A stretch of DNA of 47,024 nt, from NCBI RefSeq assembly GCF_902713615.1, contig NW_024055455.1, positions 1 to 47,024 of the forward strand, written 5' to 3'. This stretch comes from Scyliorhinus canicula (taxonomy: Eukaryota). The number at the start of each line of letters is the position of its first letter. Within the stretch, counting starts at the first letter, position 1. Of this stretch, positions 1 to 11,641 are shown in pieces. A model generated the notes under the pieces. The model was not told the DNA's origin. It searched no databases and saw only the letters and a list, made by a program, of their open reading frames with translations. The position numbers and the translations under genes are program-made.

Positions 1-699
1 GACTTGATGGGCCGAATGGCCTCCTTCTGCACTATAAATTCTATAATTGTATCTCTATGTATTGAACATCCAGGGAGGTAGGAGAGAGGCAGGGAAATGA
101 GAGCTGGAAGGAAGGCGCGGGTTACATTAACGAACATGGTATCTCCAGGAGTAGGGAACGAGGAGAATAAAGAGAAAGACAGGAGCAACGGCAGAAGCAG
201 GTGAGCGCAAGACGGCAGCGAGATCCGTCCGGGAGAAGCAAGCGACAACACCAACACCAAACCCATTCGAGTATTGCTCACTGTAATTGTTTCTCCGGCA
301 CCCGAATGTATATTTACCTCCCCAATCTCTCCCCCCTCCCCCCCCCCCCCCCCGCCCGCAAACAGTCGCTTACTTGTGTGTAAATAATTTTGCCAGGTGT
401 ACAGAGTTGCTGCTGTTGAGCTGGTGCACAATACCCTACCAGTTATTCTATTTTATTTTTTATTGTATTTTTAAAAATTATTCACTATTTTCTTTTCTTT
501 GGTATGTTGGGGTGTGTCCTTCTCTTCTATACATGTGTGTGTGTGTGTGTATTATATATATGTTTCTTATCCTGTGTACATAACGGTAAATATACTTTGA
601 AAAACCCAACAAAAAACATTTACCAAAAAAAATGTATTGAACAATCAGCGAGTCAGCCTGAAATCTGCCTCACAATGCCCGGGTGATTGACGGCAGCTC

Positions 700-1055
700 C
701 ACCAATAGGAAGGAGGGGCGGTACTGGAGGGCCGAACGGGAGCGGCTGGTCCTCCAACCAATCGGAGTGAATGAGGGGCGGGGCCCGCTGTGATTGAAGC
801 ATGCGCAGTGTGGGTAATGGCGATGTAGAAGGATGTCTTTTTCAGATCGGAAATCGGTATGAGGCGTTTAACAATACGGAGGGAACGAGAGATCGCGGGG
901 GCGGGCGGAAACGTTGGTTAAAGTTGTTGCAATCGCAAACCTCTGAAATGTTTACGGGACCCAGTTTGTACCGAGCTGAGCTGCAGCTCATCATCTTCGG
1001 CTCGGGTTAACGGCCGCCATCTTTATTGGATGTGCATCAGGGCGCATGCGCGTTT
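700..1055. promoter_or_regulatory. CpG-rich housekeeping-type promoter, probably of a zinc-finger gene
   Basis: CCAAT at 702-706 and 758-762; GC boxes at 715-721 and 775-784; YY1-type GCCGCCATCTT at 1013-1023; NRF1 palindrome GCGCATGCGC at 1042-1051 and GCATGCGCA at 799-807. Confidence 0.7.
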
Positions 1056-2100
1056 ATCTTTGTCGGGGCGATGTTTCAATGAGTGGGAGGGGCTTGTTCC
1101 CCATTGTTCAGAATGGAGACAACTTGTCCATCAAACTGGATTAGTCTTTAGTCCCAATGTCTTATTGATGGCAAAGCGGTGGCAGAGATGGAAAGAAAAG
1201 GAAGCCAATCCTGCTCTCCAGATTTCGCTGTCTCATTGTCCATCCTGCCCGATGTGTCCAAAGCTCTGTGGCCCTGTTCAGCCACATGAAGACCCAGGGC
1301 AGAAACTCACAACCCTAGTCAGCATGACCCTCAAATCAGGGGACTGCTGATGACGAGGGTCAGTGTGCAGCGGCGGGGGGGGGGGGGCGAGGCGATGAGC
1401 GGTAATCCTGGACCAGGGCAGGAAGAGAGGTTTGTGAATTTCTATACTGAACTGACTAATTGATTTTGGAAACTCCTTTTATAGGGGATTAGTCGGGAGG
1501 ATTTACACACAGCAAACTCAAACCAGGAGAAATGTTTATCTTTCCTGAATTTTATTTCTGGACTGACAGTGATGCCTTTGTAAACTTCTTTCACAGGGAC
1601 TTAGAAAGGGACAGGAAACTCACAACCAATCCTCACATCAAATTCTGACAGCACTTTTCTGGTGATCAGGACCTGGAGATTATTGACCTTTGTGTGTAAG
1701 CATTGAGTTCAAATCATTACCACACTGTGTAAATTTTCTTCCTCATATCTCCCCTGTAGATCTTGCTCACAATCTTAAATCTGTGTCCCATAATCCTTTT
1801 ACAATCTGTTATTGAACAGCTTTTCTTTATCTTTTGCTGGGTTTGCCGTTGTCATTTCCGGTGCCTGGGTCGCTGCCGGGAGGTCTCCGGTTTCATTCCC
1901 TTTTCCTGTTTTTGTAGCGGTTGAATGGGCTTGGACCAGTTCATTTGATCCAGAAAACAGTTGAAATCTCCTCCAAGAATTAATTGATGTGTATCCATGT
2001 ATGGGGGAACAATTCTTTTTACAAATGCCACATTGTCCTAGTTAGGGGCATAGCCATTCACCAGCATCACCAATGTACCCGCCAACCACCCACTGACCAC

Positions 2101-2299
2101 CGTGGTTATATTGCTGCCTCACGGCGCCGGGATCCCAGGTTCGGGTCACTGTCTGTGTGGAGTTTGCACATTCTCCCCGTGTTTGCCTTGGTTTCGGCTC
2201 CACAACCCAAAGATGTCCAGGGTAGGTGGATTGGCCATGCTAAATTGCCCGTCAATTGGAAAAAATGAATTGGGCACTCTAAATTCATATTTAAAAAAA
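2101..2299 (+). mobile_element. HE1-like tRNA-derived V-SINE
   Basis: Core CTGTCTGTGTGGAGTTTGCACATTCTCCCCGTG, followed by CCACAACCCAAAGATG and an A-rich tail. Confidence 0.85.
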
Positions 2300-2429
2300 C
2301 ATTAACACTGCAATGAAGTTCTGTGAAAAGCCCCTGGTCGCCACATTCCGGTGCCTGTTTGGGTACACAGAGGGAGAATTCAGAATGTCCAAATGACTTA
2401 ACAGCATGTCTTTCGTGACTAGTGAGATT

Positions 2430-2575
2430 AAACCAGAGCACCCGGAGGAAACCCACATAGACACAGGGAGAACATGCAGACTCCGCACAGACAGTGACCC
2501 AAGCCAGGAATCGCACCTGGGATCCTGGAGCTGTGAAGCAACAGTGTTACCCACTGTGCTACAGTTACTACCCCT
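2430..2575 (-). mobile_element. V-SINE fragment
   Basis: Reverse complement of the same head and core (ACTCCGCACAGACAGTGACCCAAGCC on the + strand). Confidence 0.8.
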
Positions 2576-2613
2576 TAAAACATGTTGCTTGGCCAACAGA
2601 AAACATTATCAAA

Positions 2614-2703
2614 GGGCTTGTCCGGGATTTGAACCCGGGGCCTCCCGCAAATTTCGAAACCAAAACACCCGAAGCGAGAATCATACTCCCAGACCAATGA
2701 GCC
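2614..2703 (-). tRNA. tRNA-Pro-CGG: tRNA-Pro(CGG) with an 18-nt intron; two acceptor-stem mismatches, possibly a pseudogene
   Basis: Minus strand reads GGCTCATTGGTCTGGGAGTATGATTCTCGCTT-CGG-G [TGTTTTGGTTTCGAAATT] TGCGGGAGGCCCCGGGTTCAAATCCCGGACAAGCCC. This is 72 nt of tRNA-Pro sequence plus an insertion after position 37. A T4 terminator follows about 10 nt downstream. Confidence 0.85.
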
Positions 2704-2829
2704 CCTCAATGAAGGCAGTCGCCTCCTCTGGAGTCTCAAAGTCTTGGACTCATCTGCAACTGTAGCTTTGCTGGGTAAACCACCCGAATGGAACTCCTTT
2801 CTTATATAGAGCAGCCTGAACCTTATTAA

Positions 2830-3474
2830 AGGCCGCTTGCTTCCTCACCAGCTCGGCTCCCACATCTGGTAAATCCTCACTAGGATAACTGAGTGAATCC
2901 CTTCCCACACTGAACAGGCGAATGGTCTGTCGCGGGTGTGACGTGTGATGAATTTCCAGCTCACATGGAGATCTGAATCCCTTCCCACAGTCCCCACATT
3001 TCCATGGTTACAGCATGCTGCTGGTGTCCTTGTCCCTCTCCAAGTTTGACGATCAGTTGAACTCAAGTGTGTGTGTATCGGGTCTTTTTTCAGTAACGCT
3101 GATCTTTTAAAAAAATAAATTTAGAGTATCCATTTTTTTTTCCAATTAAGGGCAATTTAGCATGTCCAATCCACCTACCCTGCACATCTTTGGGTTGTGG
3201 GGCTGAAACCCACGCAAACACGGGGAGAATGTGCAAACTCCACACGGACAGTGACCCGGGGCCGAGATCGAACCTGGGACCTCGGCACCGTGAGGCAGCA
3301 GTCCCAGTCACACTGATGTTGAAAATCTTTTCTACAGACAGAGCAGACAAACATTTCTTCGTCTACATTCACAGGCCAATGATATTCAGGTCCTGATGAA
3401 TGGAGTGACTCTGTTAAATCTTGCTGTGAAGTTTGATTTGAGTTTCCATCTGTAAATCCTCCCCTTGTAATATC
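2830..3474 (-). pseudogene. C2H2 zinc-finger pseudogene exon interrupted by a SINE
   Basis: Acceptor at 3475-3476, then DITRGGFTDGNSNQ...FVCSVCRKDF. A SINE interrupts at ~3108-3300. Broken WKCGDCGKGF and RPFACSV-type finger remnants lie at 2860-3010. Confidence 0.75.
3108..3300 (-). mobile_element. HE1-like V-SINE
   Basis: Head, core and tail of the SINE family in reverse orientation. Confidence 0.85.
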
Positions 3475-3503
3475 CTGTAAGAGGAGTTTATAAAAGTCAT
3501 TAG

Positions 3504-3690
3504 GGGCAGGCACGGTGGCTCAGTGGTTAGCCGAGAACCCGGGTTTGATCCCGGGTCTCTGTCCATATGGACTTTGCACATTCTCCCCTTGTCAGCATGG
3601 GTTTCAACCCACAATCCAAAAAGATGTGATGGATAAAATTACCCTTAATTGGACAAAATACAATTTTGTACTCTATATTTAATAAAAAAA
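3504..3690 (+). mobile_element. HE1-like V-SINE
   Basis: GGCAGGCACGGTGGCTCAGTGGTTAG head, core and A-rich tail. Confidence 0.8.
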
Positions 3691-4021
3691 CAATAGTCAG
3701 CACTCAGTCCAGGATAGAAATTCTGAACAGACAATTCTAGTTTCTCTGGAACATTTTCCTCTCTTGTTCCCCCAAAGCTGTAAATCCCCGTCCCACTCAC
3801 TCCCCTCCTCCTCCCTGGGCTGAAATCCAAACCCATCTCACCATCTGCACCATTTCTTTCCTCCACTCCCAGTTTTCTCCCTCCCTCCCTGCCTGGGTTC
3901 AGTTCTCCAGCTTCTGTCTGCAGACTGACAATAAAATCAATGGGTCTCATTGGGGCCTCCAGCGGGTGTTTGTGAATACTCCCTGTCCACCTCCCTGGGT
4001 TTCCTTCCTCCCCACAGACCA

Positions 4022-4482
4022 GGGCCACGATTCTCTGGTCCGGCGTCAGAGTGCCGGCGCCAAAACAGGAGTACTTTACTCCAGCGCAGGTTTCGAGACC
4101 CGATTCCCGGGTCCTGGGGGGCCAGAACGGCGCTGAAGTGGCCATGCTGCTCCAGCTGCCGGTCCTGGATGTACCCCACGTCCATCCCCCACAGGCCGCC
4201 CCGGACCGTTCAACCCGAGGTCCCACCGGGCCCAGAGCATGTTAGAACAGCGCCGGCGGGACTAGGATTTTTTCAGTCGGCGCGGTCGGTCGTCCATTCG
4301 GGCCGGAGAATCACGGCGCCGCCGGAGGATCGCCGCTATGGCTGTTTGCGCGATTCTCCGTGCGGCACCACATGCGCGCCTGCCCATTTTTTTATGTGGG
4401 AGAATGGCGTTGAGGTGGTGTGGCGCAATTCGCGCAGTCCCCTGCCATTCTCCCGGCCCGGCAGGGTTGGAGAATCACGACC
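4022..4482. mobile_element. GC-rich non-autonomous element with imperfect terminal inverted repeats (MITE-like)
   Basis: Left end GGCCACGATTCTC and right end GAGAATCACGACC; internal GATTCTCC/GGAGAAT copies; no credible coding capacity. Confidence 0.55.
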
Positions 4483-4651
4483 AGAGTCCTCTGATGATTT
4501 GAGCCCAACCTCGAATCACGTTAAATTTCCATTTAATTGGGAAACAAAATTAAATGAAATTTCGTGGCTCCACAAAGTGTTTCCAACTCCTGCCTCCCAC
4601 CCCGTTAACAGGTGGATGCAATTATTTTTCTTACTGAAAGGGTGGTCTCTG

Positions 4652-4870
4652 GGGCCATGGTAGTGCTGTGGTTAGCACTGCTGCCTAATGGCGCTGAGAA
4701 TCCGGGTTCGATCCTAGCCCCGGTCACTATCCATGTGGAGTTTACACATTCTCCCGTCTCTGCGTGTGTCTCACCTTCACAACCCAAAGATGTGCAGGGT
4801 AGGTGATTTGAACAAGCTAATTTTGCACCTTAATTGGAATAAAAGTTGGTTACTCCAAATTATTTTTAAA
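4652..4870 (+). mobile_element. HE1-like V-SINE
   Basis: GTGGTTAGCACTGCTGCC head, GTGGAGTTTACACATTCTCCCG core and tail. Confidence 0.85.
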
Positions 4871-5079
4871 ACTCTTTCCTAATGTTTACAATGAAAGGTG
4901 TGGGTACCCCAGGAGGGTACATTTCAGGGACAGTAAATGGACAGGATCCGTCTCATGTTCTTATCTGGTACAGATTAGATATTAATTACAGTTCCGTAAT
5001 AAAATTCATAATTATTTCTCGCCATGTACTATAAGACTGTAGCTACGTTATAGATTTCCAGCTATCTCTTCCCTCAGAG

Positions 5080-5462
5080 GGTTGTGTTGGATTTCTCTTC
5101 CACAGGGACCAGTTGTATCTGGGGGTCATTGAATATATTGAAGCACAAGTTAGACAGATATTTTTGACAATGGAGTTAAGGGTTATGGGGAACATGTAGG
5201 AAAATAGAGTGAAAGCTGAGATGAGGAGGGATTTCTTCACTCGAGGATGTGGTGAAGCTTTGGATTCCCCAGAGGAATATGGAGCCTCAGCATTAGGTAT
5301 GTTCATGACAAATATTGACAGGTTTCTAGATGAAGATATCGAGGGATATGGGAATCGTGTGGGAAAATGGTGCTGAGGTGATCGGCAAAGGATCTCATTG
5401 AATGGTTGAGCAGACTCGGTGGGCCGAATGGCCTACACTTGATCCTATTAATCTCTGCGTCC
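5080..5462 (+). mobile_element. CR1 LINE 3' fragments
   Basis: Two tandem CR1 3' ends ending GGGCCGAATGGCCTAC. Confidence 0.7.
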
Positions 5463-5697
5463 TGGTCAGGAAGCAGTGAGCTGAACTTGGATCTGTCAAT
5501 CAACATGAATCAGCCCTTCAGGAGAATTGGGAGGGTGAATATTAGATACAGCAGAGTGAGAATGGAGGGAGATTGTGTCGGATGGAGATTTACAGATTTT
5601 GGAAAAGGAGAGGAAATTATATTCCATAGGAAGTAGAATTGTCTTCTGAGTTCTATCCTGTAATAACAGTGATGACTTTCGTAAATTGTTTTTAAAG

Positions 5698-6860
5698 GAT
5701 ATTAGAAGAGGAGGAATTATAGACAGAAATCTCAAACATCACGTCTCGATGTGACAAACTCACTCGATTCCTTCTGATCTGAAAACAACGGGCTCTGAAC
5801 ATCATCGACGAGAAGGAGAAATTTTTGTCCGATCTTTCGGCGTCAAAAGATTTGAAATATCAGTGTGACTGGAAAAGCACCGAGACCCACACCACACATC
5901 CGAGTGAGAGAGTTCCAGTGAACTCACTGCGAAAAGAGCTTCAACCAGACACACGGCCTGAAAAAAACATCACCCATTCACACTGAGGAGAGACAGTGCA
6001 CATGTTCTGTGTGTAGACAAGGCTTCAACTGATTGTCCAATCTGGAGAGACACGAGGAGACCCAAAACATGGAAAACCGTGGAAATGTGCTGACTGTGGG
6101 AAGGGATTTAGAGCCCCATCTGTGCTGGAGATTCATCGCCGCAGTCACACTGGGCAGAGGCCATTCACCTGCTCTCAGTGTGGGAAGGAATTCACTCAGT
6201 TATCCAGTCTGCAGAGACCCAGCGAGTTCGCACTGGGGAAGGCCATTCACCTGCTCCCAGTGTGGGACGGTTCAGTTCTTCATCCAACCTACGGACATCA
6301 GCGACTTCACACTGGGGAGAGGCCATTCACCTGCTCCCTCTGTGAGAAGGGATTCAGTGATTTATCCACCCTGCAGACACACCAGCGAATTCACACTGGG
6401 GAGAGGCCATTCATCTGCTCTCAATGTGGGAAGGGATTCATTAACTCGTCCAACCTTCGGAACCATCAGCGAGTTCACACTGGGGAGAGGCCGTTCACCT
6501 GCTCTCAGTGTGGGAAGGGATTTGTTAGTTCATCCACCATGAAGAGACATAAGCGAATTCACACTGGGGAGAGGCCATTCACCTGCTCTCAGTGTGGGAA
6601 AGGATTCAGTGATTTATCCACCCTGCGGAAACATCAGCGAATTCACACTGGGGAGAGGCCATTCACCTGCTCTCAGTGTGGGAAGGGATTTGTTAGTTCA
6701 TCCACCATGAAGAGACATAAGCGAATTCACACTCGGGAGAGGCCATTCACCTGCTCTCAGTGTGGGAAGGGATTCAGTAATTCATCCAACCTTCAGAAAC
6801 ACCGGCGAGTTCACACTGGAGAGAGGCAATTCATCTGCTCTTAGTGTGGGAAGGGATTAT
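5698..6860 (+). pseudogene. C2H2 zinc-finger array exon, frameshifted in its 5' half (ORF 6122-6844)
   Basis: Acceptor AG at 5696-5697. Repeated CxxC-x12-HxxxH fingers with HTGERPF linkers. About six intact fingers from ~6330 onward, while upstream fingers are broken by indels. Confidence 0.85.
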
Positions 6861-7542
6861 ATAGAAACATGAAAAGGGAGAGCAGGAAGAGGCCATTTGG
6901 CCCTTTGCGCCTGATCTGCCATTCATTATGATCATGGCTTATCATCCAACTCAATAGCTTAATCCCGCTTTCCCCTCCATATCCTTTGACCCCCTTCACC
7001 TTCAGTGCGATATCTAACTGCTTCTTGCAAACAATAATGTATTGGCCTTAAAGTTTTCCTGTGGTAACAAATTCCACGGGCTCACCAGTCTCTGGTTGAA
7101 GAAATTTCTCCTCATCTCTGTCTAAATGGTCTCCCCCGTATCCTCAGATTGCGACCTCTGGTTCTGTACACTCCCACCATCGGGAAAATCTTTCCTGCAT
7201 CTACCCTGTTAAGTCCTGTTCGAATATTATAGGTTTCTATGAGATCCCCCTCATTCTTCTGAACTCCAGCGAATACAAACCTAACTGATTCAATCTCTCA
7301 TACGTCAGTCCCACCATCCCAGGAATCAGTCTGGTAAACGCTCGCTGCACTCCCTCTAGAGCAAGAACATCCTTCCTCATAAGGACCAAAATTGCACACA
7401 ATATTCCAGGTATGGCCTCGCCACGGCCCTGTGTAATAATAGCAAGATATTCCTGCTCCTGTACTCAAATCCGCTCGCAATGAAGGCTAGCATACCATTT
7501 GCCTTCTTTACCGCCTGCTGTAGCTGCGTGCTTACCTTCAGT
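6861..7542 (-). mobile_element. 5'-truncated CR1 LINE (RT C-terminus and 3' end)
   Basis: Minus strand encodes KVSTQLQQAVKKANGMLAFIASGFEYRSRNILLLLHRAVARPYLEYCVQFWS. Confidence 0.85.
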
Positions 7543-9891
7543 GGGCAGCAGAGCAGAGCTTCTGATTGGCTGTTCCGGGGAGATTTGCATACGTGCAGTG
7601 CGGTCAGCGTAAGTTGAAGGTGCACCTGCATCAGTGACCCGAGGAGTTCGACGGAAGGTGAGCATCCAGCAGAGGGTAGCAGAGCAGAACTTCTGATTGG
7701 CTGTTCCGGGGAGATTTGCATACGTGCAGTGCGGTCAGCGTAAGTTGAAGGTGGTTTGTGAAGGGGCTGTTCTCGAGTGACAGCTTTACCCGAAACACTA
7801 CTTACATAGTGTCTCCCACCCATCCTCCTCCTCTAACCAATAAAAAGCTCTGTCCGTTGGATTGCTAAACTAACAAGCTTTTTATTTTTTTATTTTTCAG
7901 TTGTTGGGAAGTTAGTCCAGTGGGAATGGAGGCTAGGGCAGTTGAATGTTCCTCCTGCAGAATGTGGGAGGAAAGGGTCACCTCTAGTATCCCTTCTGAC
8001 TACATCTGCGGGAAGTGCACCCAACTCCAGCTCCTCGAGAGCCGCATTAGGGACCTGGAGCTGGAGCTGGATGAACTTCGGATCATTCGGGAGGCGGAGG
8101 AGGTTATTGAGAGGAGTTATAGGGAGGTAGTCACACCTCAGGTAAAAGAAGAAAGTAGATGGGTTACCGTCAGGGAGGGAGAGGGAACCGGCAGGCAGTG
8201 CAGGGATCCCCTGTGGTCGTTCCCCTCTATACAAGTATACCGTTTTGGATACTGTTGCGGGGGACGACTTACCAGGGTAAGCAATAGGGCGCAGGTCCTG
8301 GCACAGAGTCTGTCCCTGTTGCTCAGACGGGAAGGGAGAAGAGGAACAGAGCACTTGTCATTGGGGACTCCATAGTTAGAGGAACAGACAGGAGGTTCTG
8401 TGGGAACGAAAGAGACTCACGGTTGGTATGTTGCCTCCCAGGTGCCAGGTTCGTGATGTCTCTGATCGTGTTTTTGGGATCCTTAAGGGGGAGGGGGAGC
8501 AGCCCCAAGTCGTGGTCCACATAGGTACCAACGACATAGGTAGGAAGAGAGATGGGGATTTGAGACAGAAATTCAGGGAGCTAGGGTGGAAGCTGAGAGC
8601 TAGAACAAACAGAGTTGTTATCTCTGGGTTGTTACCCGTGCCACGTGCTAGCGAAGTGAGAAATAAGGAGAGAGGAGTTGAACACGTGGCTACAGAGATG
8701 GTGCAGGAGGGAGGGTTTTGGTTTCCTGGATAATTGGGGCTCATTCTGGGGTAGGTGGGACCTCTACAAACAGGATGGTCTTCACCTGAACCAGAGGGGT
8801 ACCAATATCCTGGGGGGAGATTTGCTAGTGCTCTTCGGGGGGGTTTAAACTAATTCAGCAGGGGGATGGGAACCTAAATTGTAGTCCCAGTGTACAGGAT
8901 GTTGAGAGTAGTGAGGTCAGGGGTAGGGTTAAAAGTTCGAAAGAGGGCACCGGCAAGGAGGACGCTGGTTTGAAGTGTGTCTACTTCAACACCAGGAGCA
9001 TCCGGAATAAGGTGGGTGAGCTTGCAGCATGGGTTGGTACCTGGGGTCTCGATGTTGTGGCGATTTCGGAGACATGGGTAGAGCAGGGACAGGAATGGTT
9101 GTTGCAGGTTCCAGGATTTAGATGTTTCTGTAAGAACAGAGAAGATGGTAAAAGAGGGGGGGGGGTGTGGCATTGTTAATCAAGGAAAGTATTACGGCGG
9201 TAGAAAGGACGCTTGAGGACTCGTCTACTGAGGCAGTATGGGCCGAGGTTAGGAACAGTAGAGGAGAGGTCACCCTGTTGGGAGTTGTCTATAGACCTCC
9301 GAATAGTCCCAGAGATGTCGAGGAAAGGATTGCAAAGATGATTCTTGACAGGAGCGAGAGTAACAGGGTAGTTGTTATGGGGGACTTTAACTTTCCAAAT
9401 ATTGACTGGAAATACTATAGTTCGAGTACTATAGATGGGTCAGTTTTTTGTGCAGTGTGTGCAGGAGGGTTTTCTGACACAGTATGTAGACAGACCAACA
9501 AGGGGCGAGGCCACATTGGATTTGGTACTGGGTAATGAACCCGGCCAGGTGTTAGATTTAGATGTAGGTGAGCACTTTGGTGATAGTGATCACAACTCGG
9601 TTATGTTTACTTTAGCAATGGGCAGGGATAGGTATATACCGCAAGGCAAGAATTATAGCTGGGGGAAAGGCAATTATGATGCTATTCGGCAAGATTTAGG
9701 AGGTATAGGATGGGGAAGGAAACTGCAGGGGATGGGTACAATCGAAATGTGGAGCTTTTTCAAGGAACAGCTACTGCGTGTCCTTGATAAGTATGTACCT
9801 GTCAGGGAGGAAGTTGTCGAGCAAGGGAGCCGTGGTTTACTAAGAAGTTGAAGCACTTGTCAAGAGGAAGAAGAAGGCTTATGTTAGGATG

Positions 9892-10345
9892 CCATGATGT
9901 GGAGGGATGGAGGTTCACTAGGTTAATCACAGAGCTGAAGGGTTGGATTACGAGAACTTGAGTAGACTGGGACGTACTCATTGGAATTTAGAAGGATGAG
10001 GGGGGATCTTATAGAAACATAAAATTATGAAGGGAATAGGTAGGATAGATGTGGGCAGGTTGGTTCCACTGGTGGGTGAAACAGAACTAGGGGGCATAGC
10101 CTCAAAATCAGGGGAAGTAGATTTAGGACTGAGTTTAGGAGGAACTTCTTCACCCAAAGGGTTTGTGAATCTATGGAATTCCTTGCCCAGTGAAGCAGCT
10201 GAGGCTCCTTCATTAAAAGATAAAGATAGATAGTTTTTTGAAGAATAAAGGGATAAAGGGTTATGCTGTTCAGGCCAGAAAGTGGAGCTAAGTACACAAA
10301 AGATCAGCCATGATCTCATTGAATGGCGGAGCAGGCTCGAGGGGC
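9892..10345 (+). mobile_element. CR1 3' fragment of a second subfamily; 5' half of the chimeric insert
   Basis: RT C-terminal and 3'UTR sequence ending GAATGGCGGAGCAGGCTCGAGGGGCC, joined directly to Penelope sequence. Confidence 0.8.
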
Positions 10346-11641
10346 CTCTACACGATGACATCAATAAGTTCCATCCCACCATCAAACTCACCATGGACTA
10401 TTCTCCAAATTCAGTTCCATTCTTGGACACACTCGTCTCCATCAAGGACGGTCACCTCAGCACCTCGCTTTACCGCAAGCCCACAGATAATCTCACGATG
10501 CTCCACTTCTCCAGCTTTCACCCGAAACACATTAAAGAAGCCATCCCCTATGGACAAGCCCTCCGTATACACAGGATCTGCTCAGACAAGGAGGAGCGCA
10601 ACAGACACCTACAGATGCTGAAAGATGCCCTCGTACGAACGGGATATGGCGCTCGACTCATTGATCGACAGTTCCACCGCGCCACAGCAAAAAACCGCAC
10701 CGACCTCCTCAGAAGACAAACACGGGACACCACTGACAGAGTACCCTTCGTCGTCCAGTACTTTCCTGGGGCGGAGAAACTACGACATCTTCTTCGCAGC
10801 CTCCAACACATCATCAGCGAGGATGGACATCTTGCCAAGGTCATCCCCACCCCCCACTACTGGCCTTCAAACAACCGCGCAACCTCAAACAAACCATGTT
10901 TGCAGCAAATTACCCAGCCTTCAGAACAGCAACCACAACACCACAAAACCCTGCCAGGGTAATCTCTGCAAGACATGCCAGATCATCGACATGGACACCA
11001 CACCATTACACGTGGAAACACCACCCACCAGGTACGCGGCGCATACTCGTGCGACTCGACCAATGTAGTCTACCTCATACGCTGCAGGAAAGGATGTCCC
11101 GAAGCGTGGTACATTGGCGAGACCATGCAGACACTGCGACAACGAATAAACGGGCATCGTGCGACTATCAACAGGCAGGACTGTTCCCTTCCAGTTGGGA
11201 ACACTTCAGCAGTCAAGGACATTCAGCCTCTGATCTCCGGGTCAGCATTCTACAAGGAGGCCTTCAGGAGACGCGACAACGCAAATTGCTGAGCAAAAAC
11301 TTATAGCTAAGTTCCGCACGCATGAATGCGGACTCAACCGGGATCTGGGATTCATGTCGCATTACATTCGGCCCCCACCAACAAGCCTGGACTTGCAGAG
11401 GCCTACCGACTGAACTGGCTTGGGACAATTCACACCTCTTTAACCTGGAGTTACCTCTCTCTCTGCATCTTGATGATTGATTGCCTGCAGGTGCTCGCAT
11501 TCCGGGGCATCTCTGACTGTGTCTATATAAACATTTCTGGAACAAGCCTTTCCATTCACCTGAAGAAGGAGCCGTGCTCCGAAAGCTCGTGTTTGAAACA
11601 AACCTGTTGGACTTTAAACCTGGTGTTGTAAGACTTCTTAC
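10346..11641 (+). mobile_element. 5'-truncated Penelope-like element (RT thumb, GIY-YIG endonuclease, pLTR), frameshifted
   Basis: LHDDINKFHP..., FLDTLV, LYRKPTD, VVYLIRC...WYIGET...RQRINGH; nearly identical to 43904-45594. Confidence 0.92.
11549..11598 (+). ncRNA. Minimal type I hammerhead ribozyme in the Penelope pLTR
   Basis: TTTC-CATT-CAC, core CTGAAGA(A), stem II GGAGC/GCTCC, GAAA, palindromic AGCT, predicted UC cleavage after 11588, GTG-TTT-GAAA closing stem I. Confidence 0.7.

Noticed and set aside
3645-4663. Long overlapping ORFs of 193 and 237 aa
   Set aside because: They span a GC-rich MITE-like repeat and SINE or intron sequence; no recognisable domain.
6300-6850. Regular 84-bp periodicity resembling a repeat-spacer array
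   Set aside because: Explained by C2H2 finger-linker coding repeats; not CRISPR-like.
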